DNA of 64,000 nt from the human T2T-CHM13v2.0 reference genome, Homo sapiens. The stretch lies in assembly GCF_009914755.1 (NCBI RefSeq), contig NC_060935.1; one strand, 5' to 3'. Under the pieces are notes generated by a model. The model did no database searches. It had not been told where the DNA came from and saw only the letters and a program-made list of their open reading frames with translations. Made by a program: the position numbers and the translations under genes. Of the stretch, positions 44,330 to 57,594 are shown in pieces; positions within the stretch are counted from its first letter, which is position 1; each line of letters opens with the position of its first letter.

Positions 44330-45800
44330 ACTCAAGCAGTGATCTATTTCAATTCTGCCTAGCTAGCTCCCATTGCACTGGTCTGCTGTCACAAAGCAGC
44401 TTTTTGTCTCCACACTGACGTGCCTTTATTCAGGATGGCTCTAGGATTCAATGTGCTAGCCACACTTATTGGGTTGCTCCCTGACAATTTGCCTAGTGCT
44501 GTAGTTAAGCAGTTTTTGTGTCCATTGTTCTATAATCAGATTGCAGACAGCAGAAAACAGGGAAATTTCTAATAATCATGCATGAACATGTGTTATGTAA
44601 TAACTGTAAAAACGGACATTCATAACTTTCTGTGTGATACAATATAAAGCTACTGACACTTTTGCAAGGACACTAGCTTTTTTTTTCTGTAGAAGTAGAG
44701 AGGTCTACTTATGCTGTTGCCCTGATCACTTGTCCTTCCACCTGAGCCTGAAGACAGACGGAGGACAAGAGAGAGGAAGGGTCACAGAGGTGAAATTTAA
44801 ACATACTTGTGCAATGTAAACAGCTTCATCTGTTAATGGCCTTGGAAACCTTATAATTAAGGCAAACTGGCAAAGCAAACAGACTTTGACCTGTCTTTTT
44901 AGGGTGTAAACAAGAGGGAGAATCCAAGCATTTGCAGGAAGAACACTGGATAGAAAACATCTCTCGGGCAGGGTTTTATTCATCTTGTTTATTGTTGTAA
45001 TAGCACAATGCCAGGTGCTCAGCCTAGGTCGCAGGAATGAATGAAGCAAGGAATAAATGTTTCCTTTCACTGCGTTTATCACGGTCAGAGAACTGTGCAC
45101 ATAGATTACCCAGTCCTCACCAATGCGGATGCATTGGCTAAACAACGGTAAAATGACGTATGCTCGGCTGCGTACATTTGTGTTCGTCTACACTTGCATA
45201 CACAAAAATATATCAGCAAACCAGATACTTGATGTTTAAAATCTGAAATGACGTGACACTAGTTTGGCCGTAGTTTATTTTCAAACATGCTGTATCTGCA
45301 GAATGTTGGGTAATGATGATGAAAGCCCTTTCAGAATAATTACAGTCAAATCATTTAGCACCAAGCCACTTCTGAAGCTCACTGTCACTCGTTCGGCTCC
45401 TTAGAAATTAATGTCTCTCGCTACAGTAAGGAAAGTACTCTTGCAGTAACTTACTGTTGTATATCCAGATAATGAGAATTTGAATGATGAAGTGTGATAG
45501 CATCAGCTGGCCTTGGCTCATCTGTATTTCTAATTGATTACAGTAATCTGTTTTAACCCCTCCCTGGCCTCTTTTCTCCCAGCTATTTTCTCTTTAAGGG
45601 CAAAGTGTTTTTATTCTGCAATCTGTAGAAATGTATCTTAATAGTGGCTTATTCTGTTCAAGAATATTGCTTTGCATTTGGTCCCATGCAGTCCCATTGT
45701 TTCTATTTTGAATTAGGGCAGATATAACTAAGCTACGGTTTCTTAGAACCACACTTTGCCTGGAATTTTCTGTCATTTACAGTGAGCAAAGATAATCTAC
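44330..45800. promoter_or_regulatory. Candidate enhancer/promoter-like region (repeat-free, CpG-retaining)
   Basis: About 15 CpGs in 44960-45425, three TGACGT CRE-type sites, an inverted CCAAT pair, SOX (CCATTGTT) and homeodomain (TAATTG/TAATC) motifs. Function is inferred. Confidence 0.5.
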
Positions 45801-46139
45801 ATCAAGTGTCAGGAGCCTGCTGTGGACTCTCTACTTTATTTATGCCATGCAAAAACGTTCCTGATTTTTCACTGGCCTTACACTTGACCAATTATAGAAG
45901 AATTATTTGCCTGATTAAAGTCACTCTTTTCCCTTCAACTACCAATTTAACTAAACTCATCTGTCTTTCAGCCTGTTGGTCATCTATGAATGGTAGTGAA
46001 AAGAAAAAGTGGACACCAGTTTCTATCATTACTGCCAAAGTTTATAGTGACTCTGTTCAATTGTGAACAAAGCCTTAGAAAGAACTCATTGCAAAGATAT
46101 TAGGTCATGCTAAGCAGAAGGTAGCCCCAGAGGAGATCT

Positions 46140-46352
46140 AACAGATTTCAAACTCCTATCTTCAGTTAAACTTTAAAGGGCTATTGCATTACAACTCGGG
46201 TGCTTTAGAATGGGTAGTAGATAAGATGAATCCTGGGCATCTCCCACCCAACTTCTCATCAAGCAGAGCAGTTCTACTTTTGTCCACTTTATTTATTAAT
46301 GCATAAGATATACTTGGAAAAGGGTTCTGCAGCTTAAAAAGAGGAACCACTT
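46140..46352. mobile_element. hAT-Charlie MITE remnant (MER103C-like)
   Basis: agagcagttctacttttgtc…cataagat…aagggttctgcagcttaaaaag…aaccact. Confidence 0.45.
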
Positions 46353-46843
46353 GTCTGGGGCACAGATCCTAACTTTGGAATTAGATTCAACAGTTCTAAG
46401 CAGCTATGGTACCACCTTGCTTTCTGACTTTGGAAGTTACATCTAATTTCGGTGCCAAAGGAAGACATTAATTCTGAATGGTATTCTCAAGTGTAAGATG
46501 GTAATTAAAATTGCTTGTTATGTATACTTCATTCAGATCATTTTCAGTTACTATTCCCTTGGACCCTAGATAGCAACACAGCACATCACTCACTTCATTT
46601 AGGTTTCTGCTTCAGCATTAACTTATTGAAGTGTCTTCTGTGGCTATTAATCTAAAATAGCACATACCTCATTTTCCTCAATGTGTTTACCTTCATAGCA
46701 TCTGACTTGGTACATACTAATTTTTGTTATTGGTTCATTAAGGTCTTCTCATGCTTGCATGTAAGCCCCAGGAGAGCACATACTTATCTTTTTCACTTCT
46801 TTTGTCAGAACTGGAATATTGTCTGGCATACAGCATGAATTAA

Positions 46844-46918
46844 ATGTGTGTGTGTGTGTGTGTGTGTGTGTGTTCAGTACTTTACAGAATTGACAACAGG
46901 GCTAATCAAGAAGATCAT

Positions 46919-46951
<33 letters not shown>

Positions 46952-46990
46952 CATAGAAATGTATACACACACACACACATACACATATAT
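46844..46990. repeat. (TG)n followed by compound (CA)n/(TA)n microsatellites
   Basis: Directly visible. The TG run sits at the end of an L2 3' fragment (~46580-46845). Confidence 0.95.
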
Positions 46991-47069
46991 AATTTGTATA
47001 TATTTGTTCAAAGAATGAATCAGTACCCCTTATTCCCCCAAATCTGTATCACCTGGTTATTACCAAATA

Positions 47070-48862
47070 AATAAGAAAAAAGAAAAGAAAATTTGTGATG
47101 CATCACTGTATCTGTACCAGCAAGAACAAAAACCTTGCATATTTTGAAAAATACCTGTATATCTTGTCTTAAAAATGCAGCTTTTACGTGAATGCAGAAT
47201 TGCTATGAAAAAGGCATACCCGTAGAGTCAGAATCGAGAAAAAGCAAAATCATTACAGGACAACTTAAATCCAAAGTAAGGTTAAGAATCTAAAGCTGGG
47301 GAATTTATGGCAGCAAAGGATGGTTTGATAATTTTAGAAAAGGTTTTGCTTAAAAAATGTCAGGATAACAAGAGAAGCATCTTCTTCTGATCAAGAGGCA
47401 GCCCATAAGTCCCGAGATGCCATTAAGAAAATCATAAGGGAGAAGAATATCTGCCTGAACAGGATTTTGATGAAGACAAAAGTGACCTACTCTGGAAAAA
47501 AATGCCACAAAGAACATTTGATGGTAAGAAAGAGAAGGGATAGTCTAACACTATTGTTTTATGTGAATGCAGTCAGGCTTATGATGAGGACTGCCCTTAT
47601 CTATAAAGTTGCTAATCCCAAGACTTGAAGAGAAAATATAAATACTAGCTACCAATCTTTGGGTTGTACAACAAGAAGGTATGGATGATGAGAACACTTT
47701 TTCTGTATTGTTTTCATTGATGGTTTGTACCTGAAGTTGGAAAGTACCTCTCCAGAAAGGAATCTCTTCTTAAAGTTTTTCTTGATAATGCCCAAGACTG
47801 AAGGAATCAGAGTCATCTACTTGCTCCTAAAAACCATCTGATTCAGTCTCTAGATGAGAGCATTGTAAAGACCTTTAAAGCTCATTACACATCATATTCT
47901 ATGGGACGAATTGTCAACACTATGGAAGATAACCCCAATAGACCAAGCATCATGAAACTCTGGAAATGCTACACCATTGATGATGCCATCATTGTTATAG
48001 AAAAAGCCATGAAACCCATCAAGCTAGGAAGAAGATATTCTTGTTGGAGAAACTGTCTCCAGATGTTGTATGACTTCACAGGATTGACAACAGATCCAAT
48101 CAAGACAATCATGAAATGAGTGAAGGGTATCAAGACACGGATCTTGATCTAATTAAACACCAAATAGTCATCACATCAGAGGAATTAACCAAAGACATCT
48201 TAATGGAGATGAGTGCTTCTAAACCAGTGCCAGACGAGGTAGAAATATAAAAGAAGCAATGCCAGAAAACAAGTTGACATTAGTCAATCTAGAGGTGTTC
48301 TGATTATTCAAGACTGATTTTGCCTTTTTTTTTAACCATATGGACCCTTCTATGATACTGAAACTAAAGCAAAGGGTGGAAGAATAATTAGTACAATATA
48401 AAAACATTTTTAGAGAAATAATACAGCCAAAAAGAGAGAAATTGTGATTTTTTTCATAAAGTCACATAGAGTGTGCCTACTGGTCTTGCCTCCCCTTCCA
48501 TCTCCTCCATCTCTTCTGCCAGTGCCACCCTTGAGACAGTAAAACCAACCTCTCCTCTTCAGCCTACTCATCATGAAGACAAGGATAAAGACCTTTATAA
48601 TGATTCACTTTTATTTCATGAATTGTAAATGTATTTTCTCTTCCTTATGATTTTACTAATAAAATGTTTTCTCCAGGTTCCTTTATCATAAAAATACAGC
48701 ATATAGTACTATAACATACAAAATATGTGTTATTGGTAAGGCATTCAGTCAACAGTAGGCTATTAGTATTTAAGTTTTTAGGTAGACAAAAGTTAAACAT
48801 GGATTTTCAACTGTGTGGAGGCCAGTGCTTCTAACCCCTATATTGTTCAAGGGTCAACTATA
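47070..48862 (+). mobile_element. Tigger2 DNA transposon, left end missing, with decayed pogo-family transposase
   Basis: Peptide MGRIVNTMEDNPNRPSIMKLWKCYTIDDAIIVIEKAMKPIK (47901-48119). agcaaaggatggtttgataattttagaaa (SKGWFDNFR). Right TIR ttgttcaagggtcaact followed by TA. Confidence 0.88.
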
Positions 48863-48874
48863 TATGATAATATG

Positions 48875-49390
48875 AGTATAGAGACATAAAACTCATGATT
48901 GTCTCCTGGTATTCATGTCTTTATATAATCCCCTCAAGTATGGATGCAACCTATGACTCGATTCTAACCCATGGAATATAGCAAGGTAACAAGATGTACA
49001 TCATTACATTACCTGAGATGATAATGACCATTTTGCCAGGAGATTATTTCCCTTGTTGGCTTCAAGGAATCAAGTGGCCATGTTGGACAGGCTCATGTTA
49101 GAAGGAACTGAGGCCTTGAGACTCTTAGCTAGCAAGAAGCAGAGGCCCCCAGGCCAACAGCCCACAAGGAACAAAACGATGCCAAAAAACATGTGAGCTT
49201 AGAAGTAGATCCTTCTCTGTCAACGCCAGCCAAGACTTTGATTGCAGCTTTGTAAGACCATGAAGCAAAGGGCCCTGTTAAGTTGTGTGGCACTCCTAAC
49301 CCACAGAAACTATAATATCATGAATGTGTGTTGTTTTAATTCACCACATTTATAGTAATATTGTTATATAACAATAGATAAATAATACCA
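48875..49390 (+). mobile_element. MLT1 (E/F-like) solo LTR
   Basis: ctcctggtattcatg…ccaacagcccacaaggaa…catgtgagcttagaagtagatcc…acccacagaaact…caatagataaataatac. Confidence 0.75.
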
Positions 49391-51117
49391 GATATGGAAT
49401 ATGTACTTGCTGTAATGGCAGGTTTATCAAATGTACTGATCCTAGTTCCTGCGGAGGAGAAATAGTTAACTGTGCCTCTGAAGACAGGATTTCTAATTTT
49501 GCAGAGCCCACCAAAGTGGTAATACTCACTAAGATAAAAAAAAAAACTGATGCTTTACTTGGCTGTATATTTACCCATCTTACTATTGTGAAGTAGGCAG
49601 AGACCTGCTTCAGACATAGTTTCTCTTTTGCTCCCCTGTATTTTTTCTCCTCATAGGCCCCTCCATTCTGTCACAACTTAATTTCCCCAGGTTTTCTCTT
49701 TAGGTTAACAAAACAAAACACACTGTGTGTGCATGCCCTTTGTAAATTGCCCATTAAAGTAAATACTATTTAAATTAGTCTTGTCAGAACTTGGCCTGAT
49801 AATTTCATGAATTCTGACTTTACCAAATATAAACTAATAGATAATCACAATTCAGCTATCGAAAAAAGGCATCATTAATTAGTCTGCATAGATAAAGCCA
49901 TTTAAAAAAACAAAATTATTAACAGTGCACAAAATGTCAATTCTCAATGGCTGTCAAACTGGAATGTTTCAGAAACTGACAATCCACTGGGAAAAGGACT
50001 ATCAAGGAGATAGACAAATATCTTTCTGCCTTTAACTTTAGTAAGCTTCTCATCATGGAGATATTTCCCCCCCCAAATTATAAAGCACATACAGTCCACC
50101 AATAGCAAGCTGATACAGGTATGCGTTGACTTAGAGATGACATGTCTATTTTATATTCCCATGAAAGCAGACACAGAATAATCAATAACATCAGAAAGAG
50201 CAGTTTACTTTATATGGAATGGAGGAAGGCCTTATACGAACAATGAAGTGAGCAAATGTATGAAAGTGTAAAAGGAGCAAGTTTTTTTTAATCAATAAAT
50301 CTCTTTAAGTTTCCTTTATTGTGTCTTCCTTTTAAGTCAGCATATACACAAAATTGGAGTCGACAAGGTCTCATTTGCAGATGCAAAGTTGTTTTTGTGC
50401 ATCAAATCTAATTTAACAAACATAGAAGCTAAGCCCTTTGAGAAGGAAGGAAGTCTCATCTACTTTCTGCTCAAGGATCCCTTCTCGAGAAAACAACCAT
50501 TGATGAGACTGATCTTTTACCCTTATTTCATCCTTTGATCTAACTTTTTAAAGTTTGTTGCTTTCTTTGCTTATTTGGACACAATAGAAGGGGCAATCTC
50601 TGTAGTTAATTCCATGACATTTATAAATGTCAATTGGAATATTTCCAAAATGTAGTACTGTCAGTGTATGAGCACCTCATCCTGAAGTTTACATAAAATC
50701 TAAAGACATTCTCCCTCAAGTCAGTGTATGTGTTACACTGGACTTTTTGTTTGAAGACAGAAACACAGAGGCTGGCCACTCACTTTTGAGCGTAGGAAAG
50801 AAACAGCATTTAAAAATAAAAGCAGTTGTTACTAATCAACTAGACTAGCTCCTTCATTTTCTAGATGAGGAACAGGAAATTAAATATCTTATCCAAAGAC
50901 ACTCATCAACATAAGAGTAATGTGATGACAAGAACTTAAATCATAAACTTACACAGTGATGATTTGCAGTTTTCTAAGTTGAGTTTATCAAACCCAATCT
51001 TTAGGCCATAGGAGAGATTGAAAGAATGAGTTCATTGTTAAATAGAAGAGAAATAAATACTTGATCACTGATAGTTACCAAATACTTATGAAAGATATTA
51101 ATTTGGGCAGTTCTATA

Positions 51118-51250
51118 ATGAATAAATGAATGTATACATAAAATGCAAGAATGAATAGATGGATAACTGGATGGACAGCTGAGTGGGTAGATAGATGAAT
51201 AGATGGATGGACAGATAAACGGATGCATGAATGAATGGATGGGTTGGTTG
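51118..51250. repeat. Degenerate (TGAA)/(TGGA)n simple repeat
   Basis: gaatagatggataactggatggacag…gatggatggacagat…atgaatgaatggatggg. Confidence 0.8.
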
Positions 51251-52289
51251 ATACCCATCCTGCTTATGTGGGATGGGTGTGCTCATGTGATTCTCCAAAA
51301 TTACTGAAGTTTTTCTTTCAGGTCAGCTTCACCAGGGACTAAAAATTCATTTACTGCCAGGATCTAATTAATTTTTAGTAACTCCTGTTCCCAACTTTCT
51401 GCAGGTAGAAAACTAAATGCCTGATAAAAGATCTTTATTCCCATGTCAGACACAATGGATTGAAAGGAAGAAAGACATTAAAGTATTAAAATGGATTTTT
51501 ATTATTCAGTTTGAAATTCCTTCTTTGATTTCCCCAGCCTAAACATTAAGAATAAGAAACAGAGCTACTGGTAGGAATCAAGGAAATTCTGTGCATGGAA
51601 GTACCACTTTGCTAAGACAGCAAACAAGTTACAGCTACACTTCCCTTCAAGTGATAAAACTGCAATAAAGAAAGGATTTTTTGTTGTTCCTGTTTGGCAG
51701 TGGATTCATCCACAGATCTCTATACCCACAAGCATTCTTCACGGATACAAAATAAGACACACTATTTTAGAGGATAATCCCTTTCGCTGATAAAGCCCAG
51801 ATTCAGATTTTTCTATTTCTAAGAGATGCATGTGATGGTGGATTCTGATGCCTATCCTGACATTGAGGAAGACAGGCTTATCATTTTATTGGGCTCTGCA
51901 ACCTGGCTGGTACCATGCTAAAAAATAACTGTTGGGAAATAACAAGAAAGGAAAATCTATTTGCTTGTCCTACACATCACTGTGTCCTGTTCTCTAGAGG
52001 ATTTGCAGGTGTGAAATTATTCCCCAGAGATACTCAAAAACATCAAACAGCACCTCTTTTAAAGGGAATCTGCAGAACCTTCTGAAATTCTTTACTAGCA
52101 AAATATAGAGATAGAGATTATTTTTTCTCCAGAGACAGATGGAATTTTTTTTCATTGACATTAGATACTTCCTTCTGCATTTTCCCTAATAGGTGATGAA
52201 TTTTCAGATATTCATTATTCTCCTGGCCTCTTCCAAGTTACTTCTCTCAAGATTTATTCTCCTCAAACTCCTTAAAATAAGGAAATAAC

Positions 52290-52502
52290 ATTGTCATTTT
52301 GGGTCTTAGTTTGCATGGTAAGATAGGAAAAACAATGCCTACATCATGGAAAGGTGGTAATAGATTGCAAGCAAATGGCTCATCACAATGCCTGACATCT
52401 GGAAAATGCTCAGTAAATGAAAGCTGATATCAATAGCAATGAAATTCACCACTACCTCCTCGTCACTGCCATCACCCCTGTTGTTATCACCATCACCATC
52501 AT
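52290..52502 (+). mobile_element. MIR fragment with (CAT/CAC)n tail
   Basis: cacaatgcctgacatctggaaaatgctcagtaaatgaaagctg. Confidence 0.5.
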
Positions 52503-54179
52503 TGTAAACTCAAGTTTATTCCATGATTTTTTCTAACTTAGAAACAGAAATATAAACCTTCTGTGAATAAAAAAAAGCTAAGTGGGATTTAAAATATTAT
52601 TTTAAAGTATATTATTTACTTAGGAGTATCTATGACAAAAAATAAAGAACAAACAATTTTTGCTATGGATAAATCTATAGATTTTTGAACCATTAAAACC
52701 ATACTATTATTCCATTGTATGCAATTCAGTGGCTGTCTGATCCCTAGCCATGAAATATATGCATTTCCTGTATATCACTCTAAGATTTTTTATGTTCCTA
52801 TTTAAAAATGTATTATGGTGGAAACCTATATTACTATGAATAATTATAGCAGTTACCTAGATTAAAAACATAATTCTAGGTATAAATAAAATTATCTCCT
52901 TTTTTCAGAAAGTGAAAGTAAGAAAGTATTTAAGTATCTTTTATCAATATCAATATTTTCAGGATTCAGAAAATGTCAATAAACACAACTTTGACTGTAA
53001 AATGCAGCTTTTGCTTTGAGGAGGGATGTAAGCATTTGAGAATGTAATGACAAGTTGGAATCCAAACAAAAAGAGAACATGCACCCAGGTCCTCTGTCCA
53101 AATGAGCCCTTCTGACAAGAACAAGAAATATGGAGGGGAGAGGAAAAAAAGTATGGAGGGAAATAGAAAAACACACACTCAATTTTGGTCTGTGGGAAAG
53201 ACACTCCATTTTCACGGTGGCCCTCTTTAAGTTGCACTAGTTTCTGATATATTGGTAAGAAGTGTGATTTCTTTACAGCGGTAGAAGTCCCAGCGAAATA
53301 ACCAGAAGACAAACATGTATTTCAATCTCACATAAGTATAAGGAGGAGAAGCAGGTCTCCTGGGAATGCTATATTTACTGAACAGTTAGTGAACTATGTA
53401 TTGAGCAAAATTTAGAACTCAGCAGTCTCAACGGGTGTTTTATTTATTTTATCCACATAAGAAAATCTGTTCTAAAAGCGAAAGGTACTAGTTGCCTTCG
53501 TTTATTGAAGCATTAAGCCTTGATAAGTTCACTCAACAAATCAGTGTTTAATAACTATGGATTTTATGCCCTTGCATGGCATTGATTTTATAGCAGTGTA
53601 AAAGACAACTGTATCAGCTATCATATATACACTCTGTGAAAGTATACTAAATTCTCAAGGAAACAGTTTATACAGTAAGGCACTTAGTAATTTCCAAAAC
53701 AGTAGTTCAAGGGGTGAGTATTCCTGAGTTTGTTCAATTCTTAAATCCTGTCTCCAAAGATCTAAGGTATTTTAATATTTTCAACATTCTCAGCTTTTGG
53801 TGATTTATTTTTAATAATCAGAAAATGTATAGCTCCAAGCATCCCATCCTCACACTACAATATTCAAAAACGGGGAGTGTCAGCCTTCCTGTGGGTCTGT
53901 CAGGGAAGAAAGAAAAAACTAACAGTTTTCTGTAATATGATTCCTCTTCCGGGCAGTCTTGCAAATTAATTGAATAGAGCATTTCTGAGCACTTCCATGT
54001 GCAATACTTTACCCAAGAATACAAAAATGTATAGGATTTTGTAGGCTATGGTAAAGAGTTTTAATTTTATTTCATATAGAGTGTAGACTTCTTAGATAGG
54101 TGTGTCAAACACCCACTTTGGCTGCGATATCTGCTAGAAATTTTCACTTAGAGCATTTAATTTCTTATATTTCCCAGTG

Positions 54180-54790
54180 AATGCATCTCCTCCCACCTAC
54201 CTCCACCATTGCTTATGAAACTCCAGCCATGCCAGCGTTTTTGTGATTGCTAGAAGACACCAAGGGAGTCCCAAATGTGGAAATTTTACACTAGCTGGAC
54301 CTTCTTTCTGCAAAGTGTTTTCATAGATATTGTGGCTGACTCCTCAGAATTCTGATCTCAGCCACAAAGTCACCCCCTAAGTGATGGAGACTTTTCAGAA
54401 AGCCCAGATAAAATATATACATTCCTTACATCTTAACATCTTAAACATGAATAAGCCAACCTCTGTGACCTGCTCAAGATCATACAGCCCGTGAGCCTAA
54501 ATCTCCTTGCTCATTTCATTGTCCTATGTACTTTTATGAGAGATTATGTAAAAAACCATGTTGTTTCTTGTGTGTCTCTGTTCCTTATTCCTGCTTGAGT
54601 CTCTTTGTAGTAATGTCACTTCTGAAATGAGTTAACTTATTTGTTCAATTCTTTGATGTATGCTTCACCAGTTACAATGCAATCTTCGTGGAGATTGGAA
54701 TGATGTTGATCTGGGTCTTGTTTATTGTTGTATTTTTGTCCCCAAAACAATGGTGACAGCAGGTTCTAAATACTTTTTTGACAAAGGACT
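54180..54790 (+). mobile_element. L2 fragments
   Basis: ctccagccatgccagc…gctgactcctc…atctcagc and ttattgttgtattttt…ctaaatactttttt. Confidence 0.45.
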
Positions 54791-55867
54791 ATATACATAA
54801 ATTATTCTGAAATGGGTTTAAATCAGAAAATGCTGTGGAAGTAAAAAGGCATTATTTCTTTTAGTCTACCAAGGCTTTCTACAGGTGTTCAAATCCTAGC
54901 AACTTCTGTCTGCATTACTGCACCTGACTACAATTTTATCTGGTTCTGCATTTTTTTCTTATTATTTTGCTTTTAGAGGTTCAGGCAGAGACTTGTTCTT
55001 CTCCAGAAAATAGGAAGTTTCTTTGGCATCCTTTTTTTTTAAATTTTAATTTTTTCAGGTAATGTTAACCTACCTACTTCTGCAAAAACAGAGATAAAAC
55101 TTGCTTTACCGATGATGGAGTAAGTAGCTATGTGAAAATATTTCTAGAATAGAGTACCCACCACTCCCTGAGCTTAAAACCACTGTGTTTTCTCTACCGT
55201 CATCGAGTTTATCTGTGCTGAACTGTTATTCTCTGTGGCCAAAATATGGCCCCCCCAAAAACTATTTTCTTTTAAAACAGTATTTTTGAAATTGGCAAAT
55301 TGTGAAATGATTAACACTCAAATTTGAACCACTGTATTTGTCAATTTATTTGCTAAGTTATCTAAACAGACCCAGAGAGAAGAATGTTGTAGAACTCAGC
55401 TGGGAAGTCAGTCCACTGAAGTGGGGGTGAATAGATGTGAAGATGTGATGAAGAAAACCTAGTGGGAAATCTGGAATTTTCACATATGAAACTTGTATGC
55501 ATTTTATATAGCAGGCACCAAATTATTTCTCAATTTGCATGTTAATTTCCAATGTTTTAAGATGGAGAAACTTAAATAGATTTTAAGAGATACAAGACTA
55601 AAAGAGACTTCTCCCTCCCTACAATGTGATCCTGTTGTCACACCTCCCCTATTTCAAAATCTACCTCCTGCTAGGCCTGTATGGTGGGTTGAAAAGTTTA
55701 AATGGTTGTAAATACCTGTAAAACAAAGGGAAAGACTCTGAAGATTTGACATGTGCAGTGTACGAGTCTCTATTTAAAGAAACTGAACAGTAGCTGAAAT
55801 TAACCTAGAAGGTGCCTTTTCTTATTTGGAGACGTTTAGGGAGCTCGTGTTCCCAAAACCAATCCCA

Positions 55868-55888
55868 ACGTGACACCTAGTGGCGGCT
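55868..55888 (-). promoter_or_regulatory. CTCF-binding motif
   Basis: Minus strand reads GCCGCCACTAGGTGTCACG, a close match to the CTCF core CCAC(C/T)AG(A/G)(G/T)GGC(A/G), with CpGs retained in non-repeat DNA. Confidence 0.65.
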
Positions 55889-56413
55889 CTAGGTTTAACC
55901 CTTCAGGTTCTGATAGAAATACCCATTCTACAAGGTTTTCAAAACCCTTGGTCCTGGTAGCTCTAATTTCACTTCTGTGGGAGCAAAGCTCATTTATTTT
56001 ATAGGAAAAATAAACTACTAGAACAGAGTCTTTAAAGAAAAGTGTTAAACCATAGTTTTGAAGATGTGGCCCAAGCTACCGTTTTTCCTGATGTGTGAAT
56101 TGTCTCCTGAGAATCTGTGAGGAATCTTCCCCATCCCCACCAAATATCTGCCTGTTTACAAATTTAAAGATCTGAAGCCCTTTCTTTGGTATTCTAAATA
56201 ATATTTTTGACACTTTAATAGGTGATAAACATCTCAGAAGATTTTACATAGATTTTCTTTTAAAGATTTTAGCATTGGCATTTTTTTGGAAAAATGTTAT
56301 TCAAAAATATCTATACAAAAATGAGCCACATTGGTTATGTTTGCTTACATGCATTTTTAGGGGAGTTCTAAACTGGATTTCTGCAAGCACCCAGGATGCT
56401 TTTGGCTGCTCTA

Positions 56414-56455
56414 CACACACACACATACACACACACAAACACACACACACACACA
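56414..56455. repeat. Interrupted (CA)n microsatellite
   Basis: Directly visible. Confidence 0.95.
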
Positions 56456-56959
56456 AGTCCAGCAAATGCAGTGTAGTTTTTAGGGAAAAGTGGAAAGTAA
56501 AGTTTAGTTTTGACCATCAGTCCTCCTAGGAGCCTCCTTGCCTCACTCGTAATGCCTCATTATTTTACTCCCTGCCCCACCTCCAGAACTTATTGATGTC
56601 CTCTTTGGAACACCGGCTCTTCCTTGACTGGACAATGTCCAGTTCTTTATTTTCTCTCTGATAAACTAGACAGCACTAGTAGGCTGATGGAAAGCCCCCA
56701 AATACTAAGTTTAGAGTAGAGATGGTCTTGTCCAAATGGGTTTCTGCTAACATTGACTCAACTTTTTCTGTTTGATGCACAGAGGAGGATTTCGGGAAAT
56801 GATTTGGATTTCTCATCATCTCTGCATTATGTACCCACATAGAATCAATAGCAGCTCATCAATTTAAAAGGGGAGTTAATTCAGCTGCTCCATCCAAAGT
56901 TTAACCCCAAACCTGAAGCTCTTTTTGTATTAACTACATAAATATTCTCTTTTATTATC

Positions 56960-57170
56960 TGTCATTTATTGAGTATTCTCTATATATCAGACCTAGCACT
57001 AAATCACTTTACATACATTATCTTAGGAATCTTTACATGAGCCCTAAAATAAAGAAAACTCTTTTATTCTCATTTTAGTTAAAACACAAGTGAGGTTCAG
57101 TGATTTGCTAAATATCCTTCTGCTTGTAAATAACAGAGCCGACATTGCCGTGTTTTTTGGCTCTAATGCT
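56960..57170 (-). mobile_element. MIR SINE
   Basis: catttattgagtatt…gcactaaatcactttacatacattatct…attctcattttag…gaggttcagtgatttgc. Confidence 0.7.
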
Positions 57171-57264
57171 TTTGGAATGAGCCTCTCTTCAAATATTAAG
57201 GATTTTGAAGTGCCAAGTTCATGCTATAAAGACAAAATTTCCCCAAACAACTATTTAACAATAA

Positions 57265-57594
<330 letters not shown>

